A DNA stretch of 64,000 bases from Paraphysomonas bandaiensis (GCA_965644295.1 CBFFRP010000215.1:62001-126000); one strand, 5' to 3'. Numbered from the stretch's first letter, positions 38,767 through 52,156 are shown. Translations and numbers: made by a program. Notes: generated by a model not told the origin, from the sequence alone.

Positions 38767-39910
38767 ATGTCAAAATTGGAAGTGGTAAACTGGGTAGTGA
38801 TCGGTCATGTCAGAAGAGGATAAAGTTTCGACTGAAGGCGATTCTCACGGTATTGATGACTGTAATGAATACGTCTATGAGGTAACTGTCCTGCCTATGT
38901 CCACGCTTATGTCTCAATCGGATGTATAGGTGTACTTCAAGTGCCACTTAAATACTTATTTATCTTGTGATCCAGAGCTTGTAGAAGGAGATGTGGTTAC
39001 TGTACAAGCGCAGTCGCACAGAGGTTTCGATGTGGGCGTAGTTAGCCGGAGTGTCCCGAGGAATTCTCCCTACTTCGCTGTAGCGCATCGCACATCAACC
39101 TTGAAAATTACTTCTAAGTGCACAGAATCAGAAGTGCTCGAACTGAAGAAGAAACTCTCTATCGAAGAGGCGGCAGTGAACGTTTGTCGCAAAATATGTG
39201 CTGGCGCTGGCTTGCAGGATGATATTGTGATACTTAATTCAGAGATTCAGTTTGATTCCCGTCAAATCACATTCTATTATCAGAATTGCAGTGATTCTTC
39301 TTTAGCTACGGCTCCGAGTTTAAATTTAGACCGTGAACATGAAATTTTAGAGCTGCTATTCAAGAAACTGAAGACTGACGTGAGTTTGAAATATATATCG
39401 AAGACTGATCAACGCACGCGAGAACTTGAGTGTATAGAGAGACGATATCTCGAACTTTCATCTATTTACTCGCCAGATAGCATTGATGAGAGTCACACTG
39501 TACCACAGCTACAGGAACATATACCACCACCTGTGGGAGTGACAACACGTGTTCCTGAACTGAGCTGTGCTGGACTTGATTGCCCTGTCCTTCGCCGTGC
39601 TCCAGACATGCGGACACCACAATCCCATCGTAGCCATGCTTCATTCTTGTATTCGCACAATGCTGCAATTTCGAATGCTTATTCAGTTCAAAACCCCTGT
39701 TATCGAGTGCAGGCTCGGCATATCCAACTATTGTCTCCCCCTTCCGCTTGCAACCAAGCGTTTCATGTTCCTGTTTTTCATGCGAACCCTACTTCAAGGC
39801 TAGTCCACATAGCTCGGGAACCTGCGTATCGTTTGCCCGTAGGGGGGCTGGTACCATTGGTGTGGCCCGATCACTGCACGTCTCACTCCGATATTGTGGC
39901 CAAGTTATGA
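38767..39910 (+). CDS. PSP1 C-terminal domain protein (YaaT/RicT-like domain), 3 exons
   Basis: YE|VYFK, GDVVTVQAQSHRGFDVGVV, EEAAVNVCR and EIQFDSRQITFYY match the PSP1 pattern; low-complexity tail. Confidence 0.8.
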
Positions 39911-41439
39911 TTTTTTATTTGATATGTCGATTGACATAAGTGACGCAAGCATTTTATTTCTGATACGTGGTTCTGATGTCATTCCCATGCACATAGCTTC
40001 TCGTTATAGACTACTTTTGTTTCAACTGCCTTCATTTATAGATTTGATTATGGCATATTGTATTCACATTTAATTGTTTTATTCTCGTCATACTTCCAGA
40101 CAGAATTTCTGTTTATTAGTGCGTTTTGTAATAGCTGTACACAGGCAAATGTTGAGATCCAAGAATTTCTCACAGTGTGGATGCATAAACCGAATTGTTG
40201 CATTACCAAGGTGGCGAGATTACCTTGATACGATATTAAAATCGTCAAGTGTGACACTCTTTCATTGCCAAACTATCGTGACAATCGTTTGACTAACTAC
40301 TTTAATAATTTTGCTTCAGTATGTAACCTGTGTGACTGCAACAGCACTATAGTTATAGTTATGTGTAAAAGAAACAATGTATCATCTAAGGAGATGAAGA
40401 TCTCTCCCACCTCAGCAATTTTTCACCAAATTTGGAGCAGAATATTTTGTAAGGATTTTAGTGTTGAAGTCAAGTGAGCTTATGATGCTACTTTCTTCGG
40501 TATGCAGCTCTATATGCGCATATGTATAGAGTAGTCAAGTATTCAGCACTGCATTGATTCCGGTTAAGCAACTACTCCTTACATAGCGTACACTATACAT
40601 AGAAATGGCAACTATCTATACTCGAACAAATAAAAAAACAGTTTTCCTATTTACATATTCACATATCGTTAAGCCTGCCTAATATTTCATGTACACGTTG
40701 ACAAATACATTTCTCCTCTGTACATACATTTTTTTCTATTGTGTTGCAAAATGCTGTTGACCCACTTAAGGTACGTGATAGTTATCCGTCTGACACCCTA
40801 TGCTGCTATGCTTGAGTAGATTTGAGTAGATTCAATGTAGCACTATTCTGGTAATAACTGATTCGAGTGGTGGGAGTAATCAACCATCGCAAATATGCCT
40901 GTCCGATATCTGATTAACACTATTGAGAATATATTCCGATATTGACGATATGTAGATATTCACAGTAAACACTGTGCATAAGTTGTGCTATACATATAGA
41001 TACTATGCATCAATACACTGCTAGGAGTGCTCTCTGCGCTGCAAAGATACACTGCCAGAATATCTAGCTAGATCAATACCCGCCCAAAGATATCCCACTT
41101 ACGGTATTTTCGAAAAAAATAGCAATTTTCGACACCCCAGGTGCAGTAGTTTTTAGGAGATAGGTGATATTTTCCAGGATTTCCCAGGATTCGCGACAGG
41201 AAGTGTGAAGTAGAGTGAAGTGTTCATAATATAGCCAATAGTTAAGTTGCATCAGTCCACTTCGTGTTGACGAGTTGAAGTGAAGTTTTATATTCATATT
41301 TGGACTGAGTCATATATATGAGTATGAGCAGTGTGCACATTACTCATTTCGGGCTCTGCTATCTCCTGTGGCTAAGAAATGCCATCGAATGTTGGGATTG
41401 CAACACTTGAGCTCTCAACACCGTTGACGTGGAGGTACA

Positions 41440-44400
41440 ATGCGCAGTGGTGGTCATTTTAATCCTGAGTATATAGTAGAGCTATGGCGATGCTATTCAA
41501 GGGTACGTGTATTATCTCTATTCTCTCTCTCTCTTACTGTGAACACAGATGCGGAGTGCTGTGCACAGGCGATGGAGGTTGAATTGAAAGAGCAGTTGAG
41601 GCGATATCTTGTGACGGATTTCTCTGTGCATGTTAAAAACAGCGGGAAATGTGATGTATTGGAAGCGTACAATGATGCCTTAAGTAGTGAGAAATTAATT
41701 GATGGACTGTATGGAAAGTTGAAAACTCTTGCTGTGAGTGATAAACAGCTCTGGGAGTTTTCGAAGCATTTCAAACTTCCAATTGGATTAAGTCATAGAC
41801 TCGTACGAGATGCAAGTACTTTTTTGTATTCATTAAAGAAAGGGCACTTGCTTGTGGATTCTATCTGTATTGTTGAAATATACGAACAGAGCTCTCATTT
41901 CAAAGTAATTCACGCTGACTGGAACTGCTTTCTGGTCGCAAGGGTCTGCAGTATTACTAATATTGCTCAATGTAGACCTAGAAGTGACACTTGGATATCT
42001 TTGGGCTTCCATTCTCATATTGTAACCGCTTATTTTTACCGGATACACCGAGAAAATGATAGGTTTTGCTTGTTTGTTCAACACATAGATGGTGCTCTAT
42101 CGCTGAAACACTTCTTAGATATTCAATCGGGTACAGAGGGGACTGATGTATCCAGTATAGTACGGTCATCGTTTCGCACAATGATATCACTTTGTCGCGC
42201 TATAGATCACTGTCATGTACGAGGATGTCCTCATCTGTGCATATGTCCGGAAAATGTATTAATGGTAAGTGATAACCAATCGGTTAGTGCTGACTGGAAC
42301 GTGATGATAACGGGGTTTGAGCTATCATCGACTGAGCGTGACTGTGGTGAGTACTTTCTACTTTGCTGCCAAGTTATGTGATTTTTGTGTGCTGTTTAAT
42401 TCATGAACCGTATTCATTGTAAATCATCTTGATCATTTTACCTCATAGATAAGTACGATAGACTTATCACTATGTTTCTTATAGCATTTTACTTATTTGA
42501 CTTTAATTGTGCACAGATTCAATATATGTTGCTCCAGAGCTCGCATACTCTGACGAAGCTCTGCCAGTTGCTGATGTATATTCTTTAAGTATGGTGTTTC
42601 TAGATATCATCCGGGGTCGTACCCTTTATCCCAAGGAGATAGAAGCGTATTTAAGATGTGATGATGGGACGAAACATGAAAATGGAGCAGATTATGACCT
42701 TCCTCCGCATATTTCAGCAATGGTAGATGCTGCATTTGCTGAGTCTTGCCTGCCAACACGTAGAATTTACCCTCTCCTCCCAGTTATAGAGAGCGGCCTG
42801 CGTGCCAACCCTGACCTTCGTCCCTCTGTGCGAGAGATGCTGGAGCAGCTTCATGACGCACATAAGTACACTACACTGGCCCCTACCCTTCCTCCTCCCC
42901 CGCCTGCAGTTGCGTCAGAATCTCCTGAAAATATGAGTAATCTCGCTTGGGGGGAAATGGAGGTGGGGTGTCTGGAGAGCGCCAGGGAACATTGGATTGG
43001 GGCACTAGCCAGCAACCCAGCTGATCTTGTAGTACTTTGGAACTTGACTTTGTGTAGGTGGAGATGTGGAGAAATTGGTCCTGCGGAGGCAGTCGGCATA
43101 ATACGCAGGCACCAAATGCAGTTTGTATCTCCTTTCAGTGTACAGGTACACGCAAGCAGTGACTCTGCTGACCATGATGCTCTATGTTCAACGATATGCA
43201 GTGAATCACTTCTCTCTCCCATCTCTGGGATTGGTCCGTTGCTACCAACTTCAGAGATGGCAACTTCATGCGCATATATATGGTGCTCAGGATTTACACC
43301 CGCAGAAGCACTTATGTACAGAAAAATGCAGATGTTCTGTGCGGATGACACATCTCTGGTATTGAGCAGTCATCTGACCAGGTGTAGGTTAGAGTACGAT
43401 GCATCTTTGGAATGTCTCGTTGAACATGTTCGAGAGAGACCAGGTGTGTATCATTCATCTCACTGTGCAGTGGGAAGCGGGATGGTGTGGCTGAATCTCG
43501 ATCCTGACATCGAGACAATAGAAGTTGGGTCGTATGACGACCCACACGACGGTATTGTGCTCTTGGTGGGCGAGGTGATGCAGTATAATGGGATGTGTCT
43601 ATTTGTTGAGCGGGCAGTCGATGGGGTATGCAGTGTTCCTGGTCTGGGTGAAACTGTGCTGTGTGTGACTGTTTACGTTCTCTTGGAAGGACGCTGGGCA
43701 TATGATGAATTTGGAAATGAAGGTGGGGAGAATATGGATGACCTTCCGAGTGTGGTAGGATATGACGAGGATTCTTATTCTTCTCCTTCATCACAGAGTG
43801 AAACGGACACGAATCTTACTCCTGCCCCTCCCCGTCGACATTATTTTCTTGCAGTTGGAAATTTACGCGAAAGTTGCTTTTACCTCGAGGGAATATGTGC
43901 GGTGTGGGGAATAAACCCCGATCAACGTCCAGTAAGGCTGCAGTTAATCTCTCCTGAATTGCTGCTTGTCTCGGGATCGGGAGGTTTGCTAGCTCATGCT
44001 AGCCCGCCGCATGAAATCCGTGGAGTTCCCTCAATACGCATAGTGCATATGAGCTCTGACCCCATGTTACAACCGCATATTCATCCAGACAGGCTCTCAG
44101 CAAGTCATAGTGTTAGCAGCACTGTAGTGGACTCCAGTTATTCCCCTGGAAGCCGAACTCTTATATCCGGCGATTCACAGGGTACATTGTGTCTCTGGAA
44201 GAAAGACTCTGAAGAATCGGACGTGTTCACCCTGGTGGGTAAACCTCTGTCTTTGTGCGGGAGGATATACCGCATTGTCCAGTCTGAACAGAGTGTGCAT
44301 GCCCTTGTTAGTCTTGATATGCAATTACTGTTGGTTTCTGCATCGGTTGGTGGTGTGACTTGTAATTTGCACGTTCGATCTATTTTGGATGCTGTCCCTC

Positions 44401-47400
44401 CTGGTAAAGGCTTGAGTCCACAATACGTCGCGCGTTTTACTGGGAAGACTGTTAGCGTGTGGCGTGTGTCCACACAGACTCGTCAGTCGACGGTCAATAC
44501 CACATCGAAGTATAGCTTAAAGGTTGAGTTCATGTCAGTCCCTAACGCAGAATATTTCTCACATTCTAAGGAGCGGTGCACATTCAGGTAATAAAATGTT
44601 GCTGAAGCGGTAGTTTTATATTGAGTGCAGGTTTATGCCTGTGGAGTCATATCGCAACATCATGAGCAAGAAAGCGACTCTGCGAACCCTCAACGAGAGA
44701 TTGTTTCACCTAGTCAACACTGATGACTTTGAATATGCTCTTGACGACATAATGGATTGCAGGAAATGCATGCCATCTTTACGATTCAATAGCGAGGTAT
44801 TGACGTGGTACATGTCCATCAGCGAGAAGTCAGCTTTGAGCGTTGGATGTGATAGTCAGAATAGAACAGTGAAATTTATCCCGACAGACAGTCTTGACTC
44901 GTGTCGCTCTCCCACCGTCACGTCTGATATTGAAATGCTATCTGCAATAAGTGCGAGCATGCAGATATCTGTTTCAGGACCGGTATTTCCGTTTGCTGTG
45001 TCCAGTAACGGGTTTCTCATTGCAACATCAGCCCGATCTAAAATAGCTGAAGCAACAGGGGATACCTGGAAGGCAAGAAATAACCACTGTAATGAAGCAC
45101 ATGTGTTATTGTTGGCGGTGCGTATTTATTGCCTTTCCAACCGAAAGCTCCTCTATACTATGGACTTCAATGACTTGTTTCTTGGGTTTGATGCATGCTA
45201 CCCGTGCTGTCGATCTTATAAACGGCTCGAAAGTATTTATATAGTCTCAGCCTTGAGTTTTTCATGTAATGGAAAGGTATTGCTTGTTGCTGTGGATCGG
45301 CAGAATTGTAAGGTATCTTCCTTGATACTCTGGTGTTGCCAAGAGCGGAAATGCATTGGCCGCATGGACCACACAGATGGATCAGTCATAGAGGCCAAAT
45401 GGAGTCATTCGGACACTCTACTTACTGTATTCTTCTCGGATGAAAAGTTTTTGACTTATTTCTTGGATTGGCCAGTAGTAAAAATATCCCACACGACAGC
45501 CCCTGCGAATAGATGGCTCACATTGCGAGGCATATGTGCTACCTCTGATAGCATGACAGATGAAGAAACATGTACATCTGGGGGAAGTCCCAACGATATA
45601 TACGTGAATAACATGTCGAACAGCGATGTGGATACGTATCAAAGAGATACAATTCTGCGGAGTGGAGAGTATTTTGACTCACTATGTATGACCAGCATGG
45701 ACGCAAGCACTGCTCTCCCTACACCAGCTTCATCTATGCTGAACAAATATGCTGACATGAAACAGTGGGCCGTGCGTTCTATCGAGGCGTGGGTGCGGGC
45801 ATGTGACGATGATGTCACTGGTGGTACACTATACGTTCCCCGGTCAGTTCATTCTGTCCGAGCTTCTCGTGTGTGTATTGTACATGGAGCGCCTTTTAGC
45901 GGCAAGTCTGTGATATTATCCCGCGCAGCTTTGGAATGCTCCCCTAATGTGCTCGCAAGTGTTTTTATTCCTCGACATCGATTTAAAAGCTCCTCACCTA
46001 ACAGCATCGCGTTTGATATGATATGTGCAATATCCCAGCAGTTACGAATTGCGTACGGCTCCCGGTATACTATCCCTATGCTACATGAGCTATCGAATGA
46101 AGTTCAACGTCTTTCAGAAGTAAGCGGTGGCGCTCTAAGAAACACCAATATATGTCGTGGGGCCTCGCGCCACTCCAGAAACTTCTCAGTCGCCAGCAGC
46201 CTTGGGTCCTTAGAGAGCAACACTTTCGTGGAGGAAGATATAACGTATGATAACCTACTACTCTGCACATGCAGGGCTCTCCGACTGACGACTGATGAGG
46301 CGACCGCACTCATGACACCTATTGCAATTATTCCTGACATCAAGCGTCTCTCCCTTAGAACACTGTTCGTTGCATTAATAAGTAAACCTCTCTCCGAGCT
46401 CCCAGCTCCAAGAGGCAATGCAGCCATATTTGTAGATGGATTGGATATATGTGACAGTTCTTCAACATATACGCATGCTCAATGTGTAGTAGACCTTCTT
46501 ATTCATAGCACGCCTCCGTGGTGCAGAATTGTTCTCTCATCCAGACACTCGCCGATTCAAATACCTGTTGTACAGGACGTAGAGAGCTTTGGTGTACATT
46601 TGGACAGAGAGGGTACAAACGCTGCAGATATGTTTTCACTCTGTAAAGAGCTTTTACGAGAAAAAGGTCTCAAAGGCGATGTTTTGAGCTCTGCGAGGAC
46701 CATCTTTTCTGCCGCCGAAATGTCATTGCGTCAGGTGGAGCTCTTGCACTCTGTACTTCCTGATTCTCTGACCCCTGGTACTTTGCGCCGCACACTTTGC
46801 GTACTTGACCTTCGTGATATCGCTCTTGATGAGTTGTTTTCTTTTCCCTCTTCGGAAGTAAGTGTCAACTTTTCCTGTGATATTTTGATTGCCAATGAGT
46901 GTATGCGTGCAGAAATTTCAGCGTGCACAACGGGTATTGCAGGTCCTATGTGCGGCATTCGAGAGTCCCACTGTGCAATATATTGCGGACGCCCTTCAAG
47001 ATATGACTGAAGCGCAGGTAAATTGTTACCCTGAAGCGAGTCAGATATATGTGAATTAAAATTGATATCTTGTGAATTTTTGGGCGTATGCTGATTGATT
47101 TTGTTTTGCATGTTTGAGATTTTTTGCAGGTCGGACATATCATTGAGGCTGACTTATATTCGTTCTTTGAGGTTATGGACTGCAATAATACATGCACAGT
47201 GGTCCCGCGCTCTAGTACCTTCGTATCTTGGGTGCGATCGGGTGACAGACTTGGACATGCGTACTACATTAACCCACAGGAGGGACACAATTACCTCTGT
47301 GCATTGTATCTAAAACACTGCAGCAACAAGTCTATAGCAATGGATCACCCATGGCAGGCATACCTGAAGACCTATGGACCGTCACACTTGCACAGGTGTG

Positions 47401-49031
47401 TTTTTGTACTAAAGGCGGTGGTTACTTTCAGTTCATAAGTGCCTATAATAATGATTTTTTCCACTTTTAAACCTTGTGGTGCAGGTCATCGAGGGGATTG
47501 TGCAAACTTACCCGTGGAGTTCGGAAACTGGATGAAACTAGTGGCATTAAGGGCCCCCTCCCACATCAAATCGGGTATCTAGAGAATATACAGGAGATAT
47601 ACGCACGAAGAGTAGGTATATATGGGCCTATACCGAAGGTAGGAAGTAATGTTGTTGCAGTGCCAGTGTTGGTATAACGTATGTGTATTTTTTCTTGATT
47701 CTGTGTATACTAAATATGTACGATTAGGAGTTCGGGTGCTTGAGAAATATGCGAGTGCTCTCCATGGGAAATAATAGGATTTCGGGGCATATACCATCCA
47801 CTTTGGGTAACCTTCGTAATTTACAGCGCATTGTTCTCCATCAGAACAAACTATCTGGTCCCGTCCCACCATGTCTCTGGGAGCTTGGATGTATCGTAAA
47901 TCTTGCCGGAAATTCGGGGTTGCAGCATGGACCTGATGTGCCCCCCGAAGAACGTGGGGCACTGGAAGCTATTTATCGATCCACAGATGGAGGACACTGG
48001 GCATGCAGCTCAGGATGGTGCGAAGAGGGGGTACCGGTGTGCAAATGGTATAAAGTAGGTGTGCTTGGTTCTCGAGTGCATAGCATAGTGATGTCTTCGA
48101 ATAATATGGTGGGCACACTCCCGACAGAAATATCTCGTCTGTCACATTTAAGAATGGTTGAACTCGCTACCATGCCAGGTACGCTATTACTACCGTATTA
48201 TACATCAGGGGTCATTAATTGAAAGTATTAAACATACGTGAAGGTATGCTATGTCTCCTGTTCTGATGGTGTTGCATTTGTAGGTTTATGTGGGCAAATT
48301 GGTCCTGCTGTATGCGCTTTGACTGGGCTTAGACGCCTTTGCATTTGCCGGTGCTGATATTTTGAATAAACTTTGAAAAAATCATAAACCTTTATGTAGG
48401 TGCTCCTTGACTGGACGAATTCCCCATGAAATTGGTAACTTGACTCATTTGGAAGAGTTGCAGGTAGTTCGACCTGTGAATTATAGTTTTGTGGTTGATA
48501 TCTATATTCAGCTCTTTGGAAATAATCTAAACGGTAGAATTCCTGATTCCGTATCTAATCTAACGTCGCTTCGACTCCTCAGTCTTGGAGAATACACTGG
48601 GTGAGACGATTGCCTTTGTAACAGTTGTTATCTCATATAAGTGTCTGTATATCAGTGGTAACAGTTTTACCCCTAGCCATATTCCTTCATGTCTGTCAAG
48701 TTTGGTGCGTTTGGAAGCACTCTTTATGGCAAATTGCCACCTTCGTGGACCTCTTCCGGACTGGATCGGAGGACTTGTCGAGTTGCGACAGTTAGATCTC
48801 CAGCGCAACAACCTTCGGGGGGTTTTACCTCACTCCATAGGAATGTTAACAAACATTCTCTATTTGAATCTTAAAGACAATGCAGATCTTCAGGGGCCAC
48901 TGCCTATTCAGCAATTAACAAGACTGACGAAGCTAAACCGACTGTCGCTGGTGCATTGTCGGTTCACGGTGTCAGAGGAAGAGGCTGCGGAACTGCAGAC
49001 CAGGCTCCCAAGATGCCGACTTTGGATTTGA
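41440..49031 (+). CDS. Multidomain NLR-like protein: pseudokinase - TPR - WD40-like - NACHT/STAND NTPase - winged helix - LRR (one spliced gene, over 2000 aa)
   Basis: Frame-preserving GT-AG introns at 42347-42516, 44588-44630, 46858-46912, 47018-47129, 47396-47483 and within the LRR exons. Kinase motifs YVAPE, DVYSL and LRPS; Walker A GAPFSGKS; Walker B IFVDGLD; LSSR; LxxLxLxxNxLxGxIP repeats. 5' end uncertain. Confidence 0.82.
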
Positions 49032-50126
49032 ATGAATGATATTGCGTGAAAGTCATGTATTGCGGTTGTACATTTTTCGGTGTAATATCCATGATATCGT
49101 TGATTTGAACTCGAAAATATTTTGTAATAATATTTCTACTGATACAATGCTTGATTTCGAAATTTTGCTTTAATATTATTTTTCTGAAATAAGGAAATTG
49201 CAACCGTTGCAGAATATTCGGTTATGATTATCTCTTCTAATACTGCAATGATTCCATTAATAATAAAAACTCAAATTGAATTTCAAAACTTAGCTTCCTT
49301 AATGCTTTGTTACATTTGCTTGATACTGGATACCGTGTACGTATTATGATATCGTACCTATACATCACACCAGAATAACTGACTTATAGTCACCCGGCTG
49401 ATTACCTGGACAGTATATTGTATATTGTATATTCTTGATTTTTGAAACACTTGAAGGTACAGTAAGATTACATAATTCCTAAAATTTACGTTTGATGTTC
49501 TAGAAAGTATCGTTTCAGGCCCTCTCAAACGTAAGTTTTAGCAGCAAATACTTTAGCGTTTGACAAGACGGATTCATATTTTTCGGGACAACTTTTAGGA
49601 ACACATAGAATGGACCGCTATCTGAATATCTGCAAAACCGAGTTTCTCATCATAAATGTTTTTTCAATGGCAAGCATCTTAATACATGCATACAACACTA
49701 CACAGCTACCTGTGTTATAAACGAGACCCTCAGTAAATATATCAAGAATAATATATAGTTAGTGCTTTCCAAAGCTGTCACATTAAGGTACAGTGATAGC
49801 TACGTTTCTTGTTCGGTGATGAGTTCAGTCATATTGAGTATGATAAAGATGCAATAAATTACATTCATTTTCTTAACTATATTTGCAATTGCAACTGTGG
49901 TAATAGAGTGTGACTAAGATCATTGATACCTGAAATTTATGTCGTTAACGCAATATTGTAGTTATCACTAGCAATAATCAATTATCTTTTCTGACGGCAC
50001 TTACACGATTCAAGATAAAATAGGATGAAATCAAGTCGTTTTCCCCATAATAATTCACAAAATGAATACTTCAATAGTATAAATAATATACATATATAAA
50101 AAACTTCAAGAGAATTGAACTAAATA

Positions 50127-52156
50127 CTATATTGAATCACCGTTATGTGCATTCGCCCTGAGAGTCGTGTGATGCAACACCGTATCATAAAATGTTTTGA
50201 ACTGTTGAAAATCAATTCGACCAGACTTCTCAGTGTCCATGGCTTCAAAGAGTGCCTCTATGTCCGGTATGCTCGTTTTATTCTCGGATATACCGAGGAC
50301 ATCGCGTGGCGCAGCTTCGACGGGGCTAGCCTGGAGTAGGCATGCAACAACCATTTTAAGCTCCTCCAAGTCAATATAGCCCGTATCGTTTATATCTATT
50401 GAAAGTCAAGACATCAGTAAATAAATCAAGTATGGATATAGCAACTACCAAATATTTGAAAATACAGTCTCGCATTTGAGTCTTCCAGTGGGTCACAAGT
50501 GATTGGCTTGAAAGCTAGCATTGCAAGCAAAAACTCTTTTATATTTATTGTACCGGAGTTGCCGATATCAAATATAGTAAACACAGCAGGATTGGCTAGT
50601 TCAGGTAGTCCGCACTGTAGAAGAATTTCCACAAATGTCGCATAGTTAATTTCACCCTCGGCCGTGTCCATGTCTTCATGGATGCCATTCCGCTCGCTTT
50701 TACTCTTCTCACCTAGCCCACGTCGTACCTGCTCGTGCTTTCCTACATTAGTCCGCACTTCTTCTTGGGACCACCTGCGTGAGAATAAGTTCCCTTTTCT
50801 GGCTTCGCGTATGTTGCTGTGACTATTCTTTGCAGGGTGGTGGGGTGATGACTTCGAGTGAAAAGGTGTCGGAGAAGACATCTGGGGGCGAGACACGGTC
50901 TTTACGATCATTTGCTTCAAATTATGAAGCTTAAAATTGAATGACTGTTCGACATTTACATCACCATCTAAGCTACTATCCCCTCGCTCACGCAAAAAAG
51001 GCAAAACTTTGTGCAGATTTTCTCGTCTGTTCAGGTTGTCCGATGCGATTTTGTGGTCCAAGAAAAATGTTCGTAGCTTTTGACGCAAAGCCAGCTGCTT
51101 TATTCTTGTTACGTATTCCTCGCCAAGATCATCATCAGGTGCTTGATCCACCAACCAAGGATGATGTAGAATTTCATCTATTGTGGCTCTTTGGGATGGA
51201 TCTTTCGTCAGAATGCGGCGCACCAAGTCCTTTGCGGCATCAGATATATTGTCCCACCCAATGCCTGTCATGTCAAAGTATGTGCCATGAGTAATCTGAT
51301 GCATGGCACTGGGATCATATGGTGCCAGTCCGCTCAGCATGCTGTACAGCGTGCAACCAGCCTGCCATATGTCCGTTTTCTCGCTGTATATCGATGAAAT
51401 TATTGACTCAGGTGCAAAACAGCCATTAGTTCCCTTAAGGGTGTAGCACAAGTGTTCAGATGAACCTTCCGGTAATTGCACCATGAGACCAAAATCAATA
51501 AACTTGACAGGAGAATCTTCTTCATACCCCACGAGCATTATGTTTTCTAATTTGATATCACGGTGGATACATCGGCGCTTGTGTAGACATTCCATTGCAC
51601 GAATGACTCTTTTGAACATTTTAGCCAGATAACTCTCTGACACACACTTCCGGTTATATATCCTGTCAGACAGCTCGCCACCCTCTACCAGCTCCATCAC
51701 TATCACCGGATGAGGCTCCTTGAAGTGTTTCCCATCTATGTATCCCTCAGACGTGTCCATGAACACCCCATAGAGCTGTACAATCCCATCTGTACCAGCA
51801 AGTAAGCTCATAACTTGTATTTCATTGATAATATCGTTCTCTGTGGGGGTCTGTAGTGTATATCCGAAGAACTTCAGAGCCACTCGATTACCAGTCGATC
51901 GACACATACCCGAGTAGACCTTCCCCATCCCTCCCTCCTGCAGATAACTCTTAATGATATAATCATCGGGGTCTAGAAATATCACTGTGTTCTGTAGCTG
52001 ATCGTATATAGAGGGTGTGTGTGTGTCTGTGTGTGTGGAGAGAGCCCCTATAGAGCCCTCTGTGTGTTGGGGTGTATTGAGAGGGGTTGTATGGATATCT
52101 GTGTGATGAGGAGAGGATGGAGGGGTAGGATTACTATGTGAGGTTGTGCAACCCAT
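50127..52156 (-). CDS. Calcium-regulated Ser/Thr kinase with C-terminal EF-hands (CCaMK/CDPK-like), 2 exons
   Basis: N-terminal MGC acylation motif. Kinase motifs GGMGKV, VALK, HRDIKLEN, DFG and APE are intact. EF loops DIGNSGTINIKEF, DINDTGYIDLEEL and DTEKSGRIDFQQF. Intron near 50397-50448. Confidence 0.92.
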
